DNA from: Entomortierella parvispora E1425 | Taxonomy: Eukaryota; Fungi; Mortierellomycota | Length of the DNA: 64,000 nucleotides | NCBI GenBank assembly: GCA_020891255.1 | Contig: BQFW01000002.1 | Location: 3,928,395-3,992,394, forward strand | Reading direction: 5' to 3' | In this document: one piece after another, positions 24,832 to 36,707 of the stretch | How positions within the stretch are numbered: position 1 is the stretch's first letter | How the letters are laid out: the number at the start of each line of letters is the position of its first letter | Position numbers and translations under genes: made by a program | Notes under the pieces: generated by a model | The model's input: only the letters and a program-made list of their open reading frames with translations | The model's database searches: none | What the model was told of the DNA's origin: nothing

Positions 24832-27228
24832 TTGTAATTGGTGGAGTACGTTGTTTTCAACAAGATCTATTCTGTACTATGATTCTCATGCCATTTTCCC
24901 TCTCATGGCTCTATTTACTCCAGGACATTCCTACTAAGCCCGACTATGAGCACAGCGAGATGCTTTTGTACCATAATTCACTTTTGGAGGAAATGGGCGA
25001 CATCCAGGCTGCTTACGACCATCTGGACGCCATTGAGAAGCACGTTTGTGACTTGAAGGCGATCCGTGAGAAGCGAGCTCAGTTTCTTTTGGCCTTGGGA
25101 CGTCAGCAGGAGGCCGAGGCCGCTTACAGGACGCTAATCTCGCACAATCCCGACAATTTTGCATACATCGATGGTCTGCAAAAGAGCCTGGGACTCGGTA
25201 ACAAGTCCTTGACCGCCGAGGAAGAAGCCATAGTGGTCGGCATGTTCCAGGAGCTTCAAAAGGAATATCCTCGGTCCAATGCGGCTAAGCGCCTCCCGCT
25301 CCGTTACGCCAGCGGAGACTCTTTTGCAAGCATCGCGGATGAATACCTCCGCAGCATGCTTAGAAAAGGTGTCCCTTCACTGTTCGTCAACCTCAAGACA
25401 CTTTACAGCGACAAAACAAAGGAAGCAGTCATTGAGAAGCTCGCTCTTGGATACCTTGCTGCTCTTGATAAGTCGAAGGGATTCGATCATTCTGGTAAGT
25501 AATAATGACTGGCAAGGCACTAGATTGTGCAATCAGATCAAAATCATGTTGTTGACCTGGTAGTACATCCTTAGGTTCAATCGTAGAGCCACCAACAGCG
25601 CTTCTCTGGACCCTTTATTTCCTGGCCCAGCACTACGATTACAAGCGGGAGTCGGATACTGCCTTGGGATACATTAACAGGGCCATTGAGCACACCCCAA
25701 CGTTGGTTGAACTCCATATGACCAAGGGCCGCATTCTGAAGCATGCTGGAGACTTTAACTCGGCCATGGAATCTCTCAATGAGGCTCGTGAACTGGACTT
25801 GCAGGATCGCTTCATCAACTCGAAGTGCACAAAGTATATGCTCAGGGCCGACAAAGTCGCTGAAGCCGAAAAGACCGTTATTTTGTTTGCTCGTGCCGAT
25901 ATTGCCGACCCCTTGCACGATCTCGTGGATATGCAGGCACAATGGTACCTTCTTGAGGCGGGAGAGAGCCATCTTCGTCAGGGCCAGATTGGAAAGGCTC
26001 TTAAGCGTTTCCACCAAGTCGAAAAGGTATTGTGGCTGCTGGTCGTACTTGTGATAGTGTATCCATTGATTACTAACGACTTTGTGCATACTTGATAGCA
26101 TTTTGCCGAGTTCACTGAGGATCAGCTTGACTTCCATATGTACTGTTTGCGCAAGATGACCCTGAGGGCTTACATTTCGTAAGTAGAGGAGCTTTCCGGT
26201 GATAATCCTGATGCTCCCTTGAATTAGCGTGTGAGTGCGTGACAACTGACTTTTGTATCGCTCTTCCCCTTGCAGTCTTTTGAAGTTGGAGGATCAGCTT
26301 CGTTCCCACCAGTCCTTCGTGCGCGCCGCCCAAGGCGCAGTTAAGTGCTATGTGAGCATCTTTGATCAGCCAGACGGTGTGGAGCCTCCAGAGATGGAAG
26401 GAATGACTGAAGCTGAGAAGAAGAAGTTCCGCAGCAAGCAACGCAAGGCTGAGCTCAAGGCCCAGAAGGAGGCAGAGGAGAAGAAAGCTCAGGCAGATCA
26501 GGAGTTGACCAAGAAGGGCGGCAAGGTGGATGAGGATCCAGAGGGCGTGAAGTACACAAAGGCAGAGGATCCTCTCGGAGAGGCGTTGAAGTTCTTGAGA
26601 CCTTTGCAGGAATTAGCGCCGGAACGCATTGAGACCCATCTGATGGGTTTTGAGATCTACATTCGCAAGAGTATGTATTCTGCCACTGGTGTTTGGACCC
26701 TCTTGTCCTTAACGTTAACGTCGACTGACGCCTTTTTTTTTTTTTCTTTTGGGATGTGTAGATAAGTTTTTGCTTGCCCTGAAGTCACTCTTGAAGGCGA
26801 TCAAGATTGATGCTGAGAATGCCACTCTCCATGAACAGCTTGTTCGGTTTGCGCTCGCTGTCAAGAAGGCCGGTTCGGCACTTTCTCCTGCCGCCAAGAC
26901 TGTCATTGACAAGCACTGGAACGATCTGTATAAGGGACAGGACTTGGCAGCAGTTGGCAACTCATTTTTGAAGAAGAGCGAAGAGCAGGGCTCTGTGCCT
27001 CACTTAATCTCGGCTGCAATTGCTTCCTCACTTATCGAGCCAAAGAATGACAAAGCTGAGGCCATTCTGTTCTTGATGGCCGATGACAAGTACAAGTCGA
27101 CCCGAAGCTTGGAATCAGCTCTGGTGGCCCAGAAGACTCTCAGGAGCATGCGTTCGGGTCGCGTCTCAGAGTTTAGGGCAAAGGCTGCAGAGTGGTTCCC
27201 AAAGGCAACTGTCTTCCAGAGCGTGTAA
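24028..27228 (+). CDS. NAT1: NatA N-terminal acetyltransferase auxiliary subunit (NAA15/Nat1), TPR protein
   Basis: [16 protein letters not shown]|[11 protein letters not shown]..., [77 protein letters not shown]; multiple GT-AG introns. Confidence 0.97.
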
Positions 27229-27355
27229 TGGTGTATTTTTGTAGTTTCAAAACATAAAAATGACGGATGATTCTGTGGCGCATCTATCACGTGTGATCCT
27301 CGCTTTGACCGCGAATGGCGAGCTGACATGGGGTTGACCATTCATCCCTCCAAAC

Positions 27356-28522
27356 ATGATCCTTGGCCACTCCATCTCATCCATTCGACCCTTATCTCAG
27401 GCATCTCGACGGTGGTCAGCTATCGCGCCACAGTCCGTGCAGCAGTTCAAACGCTATGCCTGTCAGATTCACCACCCCACAAAGCTTGGTCAACTTCGAG
27501 CAAAGCTCCGTGGCTTCGGACAGGGACACGTTGAGCTGGACCTGAATCACTCCCCCGGACTTGCATTGCTAACCCTGTCCAATCCTGAAAAGCACAATGC
27601 TCTTACTGGGAAGATGATGGCCGAGCTAGCAGACTGTATTGACTTTCTGGAGGAGGCAGTGACTAAGCCTACCTTGCCGGTCTTGTCTTCTGAGTCTGCC
27701 TTGATTCTCAAGAACGGCGGAACGACTTTGAAGACTTTGGAGCCGGAACATCGCCAAATCTTGGAGGGTTTGGTGGGGATCATTGTGACTGGAGCGGAGC
27801 AAAAGTCATATTGCGCCGGGCTAGGTAAGAATCTTGTTCACTCATGTTGGTCTACTTCATTCTTCAAGATGCAAGAGAGGAAACTAATACGCGTCTCGAA
27901 AACAGATCTCTCTGCTGCCAAGACAACACTTCTGACTCCGCAAGCAGGATCCGAAATGGCCGCTCTCATGGTCTCCACACTTACGCGCTTCTTGCGTCTG
28001 CCTCTGATCACCATTGCTGCAATTGAAAAGGCTGCCATCGGAGGAGGTGCTGAGATGACGACCTGGTGCGACCATAGATGTATTGCAGATCAGGCAAAGG
28101 TGCAGTTCGTACAGACTCAAATGGGCGTTGTTCCAGGATGGGGTGGCGCCAGTCGACTGTTGAACATTGTACCAAGGTCAACTGCGTTGCGACTCTTGGG
28201 CGCGGCGGAACCAATCCATGGGGGACAACAGGCTCTTCAACTTGGATTTGCTCAGCTAACATCACCCAAAGGAGGGGCTGTTGCCAGTGCCACCGAGTAC
28301 ATGCAATCATACGTTTGGGAAAAGCGACCAGATCAAAATCTATCAGGAGGTGCAAGGCGCTATGTCCCCGCTGTTAGGGCAATGAAGAAGATTGTGAGTG
28401 TCGGCATGGATCATGACAATATTGAACGCGTTTCCGAACTTGAGAAGGATCTGTTCAAGCAGTTGTGGGGTAGTCCTGACAATCTGACAAGAGTGGAGGC
28501 TGCCTCCTCCAAGAAAAAGTAG
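27356..28522 (+). CDS. Enoyl-CoA hydratase/crotonase-fold protein, ECHDC1-like
   Basis: LTLSNPEKHNALTGKMM, YCAG|DLS, IAAIEKAAIGGGAEMTTWCDHR, FVQTQMGVVPGWGGASRL; one intron at ~27824-27906. Confidence 0.85.
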   Translation: MILGHSISSIRPLSQASRRWSAIAPQSVQQFKRYACQIHHPTKLGQLRAKLRGFGQGHVELDLNHSPGLALLTLSNPEKHNALTGKMMAELADCIDFLEEAVTKPTLPVLSSESALILKNGGTTLKTLEPEHRQILEGLVGIIVTGAEQKSYCAGLGKNLVHSCWSTSFFKMQERKLIRVSKTDLSAAKTTLLTPQAGSEMAALMVSTLTRFLRLPLITIAAIEKAAIGGGAEMTTWCDHRCIADQAKVQFVQTQMGVVPGWGGASRLLNIVPRSTALRLLGAAEPIHGGQQALQLGFAQLTSPKGGAVASATEYMQSYVWEKRPDQNLSGGARRYVPAVRAMKKIVSVGMDHDNIERVSELEKDLFKQLWGSPDNLTRVEAASSKKK

Positions 28523-28572
28523 ATATAGAGTCAAGCACATAGATAAACGACAATAATACAAGTTTTATTCTT

Positions 28573-30072
28573 TCAACCTTGCTTTTCATCCATTGATTCT
28601 TCGCGAGAAGATTGGACGGCTAAAGCATAGTCTTCCATTGCGTACATCTTCATCCGAGGTCCGCCATGGCCTGAATATTTGAATTCATGAACTCGCCATC
28701 CACACTTTCTCGCCATCTCCCGTGATGCCTCAATGGGTACTGTTCCATCCAGATGACCAAGGTAGGCGTTCACAGTGACACCTTCGGGTACTGTCAAAGA
28801 CGCGATATCAAACCCCACGTTCGAAATGCACATCTGGATCTCTGCGTTGTATCCACTCGAATGCTGCTGGTTCTATATAAAAATAAAAAAATAAAAAAAA
28901 GTTGATGGCGACGACGACGACGATGACAATGAACCATGGTTACTCATGTTGCTGCGGTGCGGCAGATACACACGCAACTCTTCCATTACTTACTATATCA
29001 TGAATAAGGGCTGGCATCATGACCTTCTCAAAAGCTCGCTCGTACTGCACTACAAACGGATCCCTTGGCTTCTTATCTTTTTGTCGATCTTGCAGTGAAG
29101 TGCCGCGCCGAGAACTTTTGTTGGAGGCTCCATTGGCTTCATCATCCTCGTCAAGCACGGCCATCTTTGACAGTTTAGAAGATACTCCAGTACCTGATAG
29201 TGCATTGCTTGACGACATTAGGGCCGAGCCCAAGTGGTTGAAGGAGCTGGTTACAGCCCAAACCACGCTTCGAGGAACATGCTTCAGAAACTTGAAAGAC
29301 TGACTTGTTGTCCCTGGACATTCATTAAAAGGCACCCAGGGTGTGATGAGGGCGATCGGACCTGGCAAGACGCGTTCCGGATATAAATCCAAGATCCGCA
29401 TGATGTAGTAGATCCCACACGAGTGACCCATCATCCCAAAACGAGCTCCCGGCAATAACTTATCAAGCACAGCCATGACCTCTCGACATACATGGTCGAC
29501 TCGCCTATTGATGGGTCGTTGTTTCTGAACTTTGTAGGGGTTCAAGTGGGTATCTGTTCCCGTATTGATATCCTGATTGCTGTCATGGCAGCTGCTGGTG
29601 CTGAAAGTAGCTTCGTGCCTGGATCCGTTTTTGTCCTTTTGTTTGGAGATTTTCGAAATGTTGAAGGGATCTGTGAGGCCTGTTCCAGGTCGGTCAATGC
29701 AGATGAGTTTGATATCAAAGCGTACAGCCTGGGCATGCAGCGTCGCAATCTGACGACTGCTACCTCCGAGTCCGTAAAAAAAGAGGACTGGCGATCCTGT
29801 CCTTGAACCACAAGTCGAATACGATACTGATCTTCTACTCGAAAGAAAAAAAAGAAAGATCGGGGGTGAGATCGTGAGCCGAGGAAAAACCAGCTGTCAA
29901 CGGAGTGAAGTAAGTACCCTGACGCGAGGACAATCTTTTGCTGAAACTGAGGTGAATCGACCAGGGCTTGTAGACTGAACGTTGTCACCAGAGGTGCCGA
30001 GATGAGTTCCTGGTGCAGATCCCTGGGCTCGGGTAATGGAGATTCTTCATCATTCTTAGCTTTGGGCTTCAT
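28573..30072 (-). CDS. Alpha/beta hydrolase
   Basis: After splicing the frame reads LASG|RSVSYSTCG...PVLFFYGLGGS...LICIDRPGTG (a frame not listed in the ORF track), then GHSCG (nucleophile elbow), HLDGTVP and SGHGG. Confidence 0.85.
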
Positions 30073-30180
30073 GGCATGAACAGATGTGTAAGATGTGAAG
30101 GATGCAAGATGGCGGCTTTCTTTTTTTATTTTTTGACGTATGATATTTCAAGGGGCAATGCAAGAGCCAAGAAAAAAAAA

Positions 30181-31417
30181 TTATTCGATGAACTGGAGAC
30201 CTCGGGGCAGGCGAGAAGTGCAAATGGTGGACCAACTAGAAGTCAAGGACGACGATCTGTTGGGCTTTGTAGGCTCTGATCGTGTTCTGGGGTTCTTGTG
30301 CTGCTGGTTGTGGTTCTGAAGCTGCACGGTTTTGCAAGGTCGCTGTGGCTGGTGACAATGACCTTGGCCATGGCCAGAGTCCCTTCGAGGGCGCTGTTGG
30401 TTGTGTTGGCTGTGCTGTTGCTTGTGGCTCGGTCTTTGGTAAGAGCGCGCGTGCGATTGATGTTGAGATGAGGCCCTCTCACATTCGTGACCCAGCAGCT
30501 TTGGGTTGCTTTGCAGGGTCTTGACAAACGATTCTGGCATAGGTTCGACCTGGTGCCACCCCGTTCCCCAAATGGATTCTGACAGAGTCGTACAGCCATT
30601 GTCTTTGCTGCAGTGCTTGGAGGGCAATGGCGGCGGCAGCTCTGTAACATGAGATGATCTTGCCGATTTACTAGAGCTCTGTTGATCATGCTTGGACTTG
30701 ATAGGGAGGCATGCCGAGGTACGGCAACAGTGATCTGGGAAGAAAAACCTGTCCATGGTTGGCCATGCATGCGACAGAGAAGATTTGTCTGCCTCTGAGT
30801 CGGTTTCTCTCGACATCGGACTCAGAGAGGCTGGATTGGAGATGGAGGGCGGCAAAATGGGCGAGAGTGTAGGTGGGGGCAAGGTCTTGTTGATTCGAAT
30901 GACACAAGGCCGATGGCAGTCGCGAACTGGCTCCTTTCCCCCGAGGCCACAGTCATTGGCCAGCGGCACGTTTGACACGGCGAGAGGCGGGATGGAGGAT
31001 TGTCTCTGATAATTGAGATCGGAAGGCACCTTACGATACTGCTGTTCCAGAAAATGTGCCCACTCGTCTACTTGGTGATGTTTGTTGGCCTGTCGCTCCT
31101 CCACTGGCAGACAGGCATTCCAGTTGAGCAAAGGCACGTACGGAATTTCTATAGCAGGGCGATGATGGTGGCAGAACTTCAGGTGGTCATGGTGTCTTGA
31201 GTCATCTGGCTGATCACAGCCATGGAAGGCACAGCATGCCAACGCGTCGGCTTTTCGGCAATCCTCGGAACAATAAAGGCTCGTCTGCTGTTTTTCATGA
31301 AAGCAACAATGGAATGAGTTGGGTTCGGAAAAGATGATCAAAGACGGAGCTCGATGTATTGCTTACAGTCTCGCTGTGAAAGTGCGTAGAGCACACGGCG
31401 CACCAGTTGCAGTCCAT
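30181..31417 (-). CDS. Ecl1-family (life-span regulatory factor-like) zinc-binding protein
   Basis: Exon 1 MDCNWCAVCSTHFHSET splices to QTSLYCSEDCRKAD (WCxxC...LYCSxxC...D signature), followed by a long S/P/H/Q-rich tail. Confidence 0.7.
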
Positions 31418-31643
31418 TTGGGCAAAGGTGGAGGGATGGAGGATAGGTGAGGATCAGTGTAGAATACTGATGATGATATGCAGTGAAGTAGGTGGAGCCT
31501 CCAAAGAGACGTGAGAAAGAGAGGGAGGAAGAGGAGGAAGGAGCGATAGAGGAAGAAAGGATTCATTGCGCCTTCAACCACATCTTTGTAACCGATGCTG
31601 TCCCCGAAAATGAGTACCCTATCGGTGACAGCTACACGTGATT

Positions 31644-34135
31644 TTATTTGGTGTTGCCATCCTCGTCTCTGCTCTTCACCCAGTCGGGAGGATCGCCCAC
31701 AGACATGGTGACCGGGTCTACTAGGCCATTGTAGCTCTCATACACTGTGTAGTCAAAAGTCTTGAACTCTCGATCAATCATCTCTAGCTGGGCAAGAAAG
31801 CGGTCTTTGTCGCTCAAGTTGGTAAGGGCCGCTGCTGCCTCGATGTTAACTGCTAACGGATGCATGGCCGCCATTGTTGGTTTTGATATCTGGTGTCGTA
31901 GTCGTGGAGGTTGAGCATGCGGCTTCTGCTGTGGAATGATCTTTTGTCGAGACACCGAATGATCCTGAGGTATGGGGATGATTACGGGCGATGTGATTGC
32001 CATCTGTGGTTGTGTTGCCTGTAATGGATCTTGCTGCTGCTGTTGATCAAGTTGTTCATCCTGAAGATGTTGTTGAGGTGGTTGAAACAGACCTTGCTTC
32101 GGCCCTTTGGTGCCACTCGTAGGAGGAGAGCGGGCCTGTTCTGGGCTAACTGGGCTAGGCTGCATCCCATTGTCGTCATTAATGCCCTTGGATAAGACCT
32201 GGCAGCGCACCATCCCTCTCAGATTCCCTTCTATCCTCGCCGAGGCTGCTTTGCGGATCTCATGAATATTGTTGTCAGCCAACGCGATCCTTTCTCCTGG
32301 CCGCATATCCTCGGCCGGTGGGATGGCCATTGTCGGTAGCAACGAAGTAGCAGGGTGGTTACAAGCCGGCGATTGAGGGTTCACAGTCGCTAAAGTCCTC
32401 CAGTCCACTCCGTGTGGGCCAGTGGTCATATCAGACGGAAAGGTCATAGACACTGGCAGTTCATGGTGAGCGCCTGGGTCGATTGGTGAAAGGGGTATAG
32501 ATTGGAATTGGGTTTGCCGTGCCAGGTCTGGATTGCTAGGCTTTGTCGAGAGAGGTGTCGTCTGCACTGGCGTTGGTGGTTTTTGGTCAATCATCGGCCA
32601 GAGGCCCGATTTCTTTTTTAGGAGAGCTGGCGATCTGCGTCCGGCAACTGAAGAGGCGTTCGAGGCACGGATCCTTTTCATGCTCTCCTCAATTTCCTGA
32701 TTCATAGCTTCCATTGCACGTTGCGCCGCCGCTGCTTCCGCGATGGCAGCATTCTCCTCTGTCTTGCGCCTCTCATTCTCTTCTTTCATCGCCCTGTCCT
32801 TCTCTTTAAGCATCCGCTGAGCTCTTTGGCGGGTTGATCGATAGGTAAGCGGCTCATCTTCCATCAAGAGCTCTTCAAGATCGAACGATATGTCGAAGTT
32901 GGCGTCATCTGCTGGTGGTTTGAAGCCAGGGGAGAGTTGCTTTAGCTCTAGCATATGCCACCACTGCTGCAAGTTCATCCTTGCCCGAAGAGCAGCGAAT
33001 TCGAAGCAAGCGTGCAGTTGGATGCCCTGCATTCCACCGTGAATTCCTAGACGCTCTGTTGGATCTCGAGTCAAAAACTGGAGGACTGTTAGAGTTCTGT
33101 ATGGGATGTGTAGTCCAAACAAAGGTTTTGGTCACTTACACCTTGTATGGCTGAGATGCACTCACGCGATATTCCCTCCTGTGGGGGATACTCGATCGAC
33201 CGATGGACAATATCTCTTTTCAGATCCGCAATGTTTTCCGACGTGAAGGGTCGTTGATTGTAGATGCATTCATAGAAGACGACGCCCAATGCCCACCAAT
33301 CCACGCTTGTTCCATAGCCTGTTCCTTTGAATACCTCTGGTGCCATGTAGGCAACTGTTCCCGATTGTGAGGTCAGAAACGGCCGATCCGGTGTCAATTT
33401 GCATCCAATGTTAAAGTCGGTCAGGTGTGCGTGCCCGTTCTCATCCAACAAGACATTGTCCGGCTTAATGTCTCGATGAACAATTCCAAGTGAATGCAAA
33501 TGGCTGACGGCTGAAGCGATCTCTGCTATCCAGACCTGAACTGTTGTCTCATCAAAAGTCCTCCTGTTGAGATGGAAACGAAGATCGCCCCCCATCCTAA
33601 TTCAAGAGAAGAAAGACGACTCAATTTTTGCAAGTCCATGGAAAAGGAGCTGTCCCTGTCAAGAATGCCTGCGACTCTTACATGAGGTCCATACACATGT
33701 ACATGTATTCGTCATCCTGAAACGCGAAACGCATGTTCACGACGAACGCGTGGTCCAATGACTCGAGTATTTGGCGTTCCCGCAGAATGTTTTTGACCGC
33801 CTCCATCTGGATGACTTGTGCCTTTGAGATGTATTTCAGCGCGTAGAGTTTTCCTGTCTCACGCCTCTCAACCATCCGCACCTAGAACACGCGAGAAGTC
33901 AGGCATTGCTTTTTGCCTGTTATTCGCTCATTCCTCTCGCCTCACCTTTCCAAAGGAGCCACCGCCAATGACTCGAAGTAGTTTGAATTGAAAGAGGTTG
34001 ACTAGAGATAGGAATGAGACACGGACGTTCAGAAGTGGGCCATCAATTCAATGCAGACGTAGAGCACCATAGAAGAAAATGCTTGCCTTCATTGGCAAAG
34101 ACGCCCTCTTGGTCTCGACTGGACCCATTCCCCAT
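31644..34135 (-). CDS. AGC Ser/Thr kinase, STK32/YANK-like, with a long C-terminal tail
   Basis: MGNGSS (myristoylation-type start), IGGGSFGK, YALKYISK, HRDIKPDN, LTDFNIG (DFN as in STK32), GTVAYMAPE and DWWALG. The first intron (34002-34086) has a GC donor. Confidence 0.92.
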
Positions 34136-34350
34136 TCAGTGATGGCTCGCTGCTGGTAGAGTGGACTAGGATGGTCGTTTTTGGGCTGGATTGTCCAGAG
34201 CGGTGTGAATGATGTAAAAAAACGAATAAAAGTTGATGGAGCTCGAATCAGGTTACACCGCAACGGCGAATGACTGAGTGGCTGTGCGGCAGCCGTTCGA
34301 ATGGGATTGCGCTCAAGGACCAAGTTTCTGCGCGCGCGGAGTGATGAATC

Positions 34351-34359
34351 CTTGGGGGA
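34351..34359. repeat. Left 9-bp target-site duplication CTTGGGGGA
   Basis: Identical to 41250-41258; abuts the TIR. Confidence 0.93.
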
Positions 34360-34614
34360 TAGGCTCGACCCAGCCCTCTCTCCTCACCACGTGACCGCCG
34401 CAGGTGGTCATGTCCTCGTAGAGGGGCTGGCGGCAAATGTGGCCCTTTACATAGGATGAATATAAAAGGAAGGTGCTTAAGGGTTGTCATTAAGGGTTTG
34501 TCGATCTGGGTCACATCGCTGTCGGTTGTCGAATCACAACGCCTCCCAACGATTCACCTTGTCACATTCCTTCCCCACATGCCATCCCATTCCTGACATG
34601 CCTTCCGTTTTCTT
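34360..34614 (+). repeat. Left terminal inverted repeat (255 bp)
   Basis: Reverse complement of 40995-41249 except one C/T difference at 34582. The ORF track shows the same peptide from both copies (34248-34514 - and 41095-41280 +). Confidence 0.97.
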
Positions 34615-34680
34615 CTGTCTTTCCTTTGTCATGTGTCAAAATTTAGTCAGAATATATTACTTGATGTGAAAACCCTCCTT

Positions 34681-35564
34681 CTAGTTGTTTTTGTTCCTCT
34701 TCCCGAATTGCAGCCCACACTCGGTCGGCCTGTAGTACTTCTGGTCGAGGCGTGCTCGTCTCAATATCTGCGAAGCTGGGGGGCCACTAGAGCCGCTGGA
34801 GCCAACAGAGGGCCTAGAAGGACTTCGTGCTTGATGATAGGGACTGGTCTCCCTAGGGCTGGGCCCCCTTGGATCAGATTTCATTTTCGAATTGTACTGG
34901 TGCTGTGCAAGAGAACTGGAAGTAGAGCTTGAAATCCACCTCTCGGTTTTCTCATGAATGCTAACAAAACCTGATAACCTCTCGTGCATTTGATAGGTCA
35001 TGTTGTCCAAAGATTGCAGTCGACGCGAAAAATCCGCAGTATTTGAATCCACTTTCTCGTTGAGCTTCCTGAAGAGATCCACGACTAGATGTTGTGTCTT
35101 TGATTCTTGATCCGTAGGTGGTCTGTACTGCTCACTAGTGCCAAGTGTGGCGGAAGTAGAAGGGGGCGATGAAACAGCCAGAGTTGAAGTAGGTGACTAC
35201 AAATGCCACAGGAGACAAAAAATAAAAAGACATGGCGTTAAAATCTACATTACAGTATATGATGCGAACTCGCATTAATCCATTTGTCATCAACACGACG
35301 TACCGGTTCTGAAGCTGGCTTGGGCAACAGTGTGGCGGAGTAAAACTTTGGTACCACATGGATATTTTTCTCCGATAACTCTTGTATCAACAGGGGCTTG
35401 ATGAGAGTACATGCCTTTTGGAGCTTGCGCCCTTCAATGTGGTCCTGTAGAGTTTGAGATCTCGAGAAATCCCTCCCGCAGACGCATACGTGTGCGAAGA
35501 ATTGAATCTTAACATCACCCTTGGGAATGGTGATAGTAACACTGAATTCAATGGGCTTGGGCAT
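34681..35564 (-). CDS. Transposon cargo gene: degenerate C2H2-like finger + coiled coil + S/P-rich tail (~268 aa)
   Basis: Exon 35564-35274 (MPKPIEF...CVCGRDFSRSQTLQDH...WIN) joins exon 35196-34681 (SPTSTLAV...DLFRKLNEKVDSNTADFSRRLQSLD...NKNN*) in phase 0 across a 77-nt GC-AG intron. Confidence 0.6.
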
Positions 35565-35828
35565 GATGTTTTTGCGCTTGATGAAAGATGGAGGTGAAGT
35601 GATGCTGTCTGCGGTGTGGAGAAGAGAATTGATGAGGAAAATAGAGAAAAATGAGAGCGTATCATCCCCTTTAAGTATGTTTTTGCAATTGGGAATGCGA
35701 TCAAGTATCGAAGGCACACAAAGCGGTCCACGGCGCATTGTTGGGCTTGATGTCAGTGCGCGAACGAGAATAGTGCTGGCGCGTATGCAAAGAGTGCGTG
35801 ATCAAAGAGGCACTGACACATGAACAAT

Positions 35829-36132
35829 TGTCGCGTATGCAAACAGTACGCAACAAAATCGCATGGGAATAAAGGGGGGCCAGTGAGTCCTGGCGCGTAT
35901 GCAAACAGTACGCAACAAAATCGCATGGGAATAAAGGGGGGCCAGTGAGTCCTGGCGCGTATGCAAACAGTACGCAACAAAATCACATGGGAACAAAGGG
36001 AGGACAGTGAGTCCTGGCGCGTATGCAAACAGTACGCAACAAAATCACATGGGAACAAAGGGGGGACAGTGAGTCCTGGCGCGTATGCAAACAGTACGCA
36101 ACAAAATCATATGGGAACAAAGGGGGACAGTG
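35829..36132. repeat. 62-bp minisatellite, ~5 copies, inside the transposon
   Basis: Units start at 35829, 35891, 35953, 36015 and 36077 (TGGCGCGTATGCAAACAGTACGCAACAAAATC...); a partial copy lies near 35777. Confidence 0.95.
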
Positions 36133-36213
36133 CGTGTGAAAACAGTGCCCGATCAAAGGGGTGCTGGACAGAGCTGATTTCATTCATTCAGAATGAAGGT
36201 TGAGACGAGGAAC

Positions 36214-36320
36214 AATGCGAACACCAAGGCGAAGAACAAGGTGAAGGACAAAGCGAAGGACGAAGCGAAGAACAAGGCGAAGAACAGGGCGAAGAACAAA
36301 ACGAGGACAAAGCGAAGAGG
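36214..36320. repeat. Degenerate 12-bp repeat (AAGGCGAAGAAC-like), ~9 copies
   Basis: Read directly; translates as KAKN or EEQG repeats depending on frame. Confidence 0.8.
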
Positions 36321-36453
36321 ATATGAAAGGAAGAGGTGGGCGGCGCCCGAGACGAAAAGAGAAGTCCCTGGACACGGAGTGCAGGCCGCACGACTCAACT
36401 TCTTGTCGATGGTCGCACGTCCAATTCTCGAACAATGAACCTTTCTCCCTCCC

Positions 36454-36543
36454 ATGTCGTCCCTTGTCTTCCTATGCCGTCCCTTGTCTTTCTATGCCGT
36501 CTCTTGTCTTCCTATGCCGTCCCTTGTCTTCCCAGGCCGTCCT
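36454..36543. repeat. 20-bp tandem repeat (ATGCCGTCCCTTGTCTTCCT), ~4.5 copies
   Basis: Units start at 36454, 36474, 36494, 36514 and 36534. Confidence 0.9.
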
Positions 36544-36707
36544 GTGCCATACGCTATCTTCCCATGCCTTCCCGTAACGTCCGCTCTCATTTCATGTCTT
36601 CCATGAAGCGCTCTCCTCCTTTCATCGTTTTCTCAAGCTTCGAACTTCACTCCATCGACATTCTGCCTTACGCAAACACCTGTTGTTGAGCCCTCGTCTT
36701 TCGCAAA

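Noticed and set aside
35829-36132. 62-bp array as a CRISPR array
   Set aside because: Units are near-identical end to end with no unique spacers, there are no cas genes, and the context is eukaryotic.
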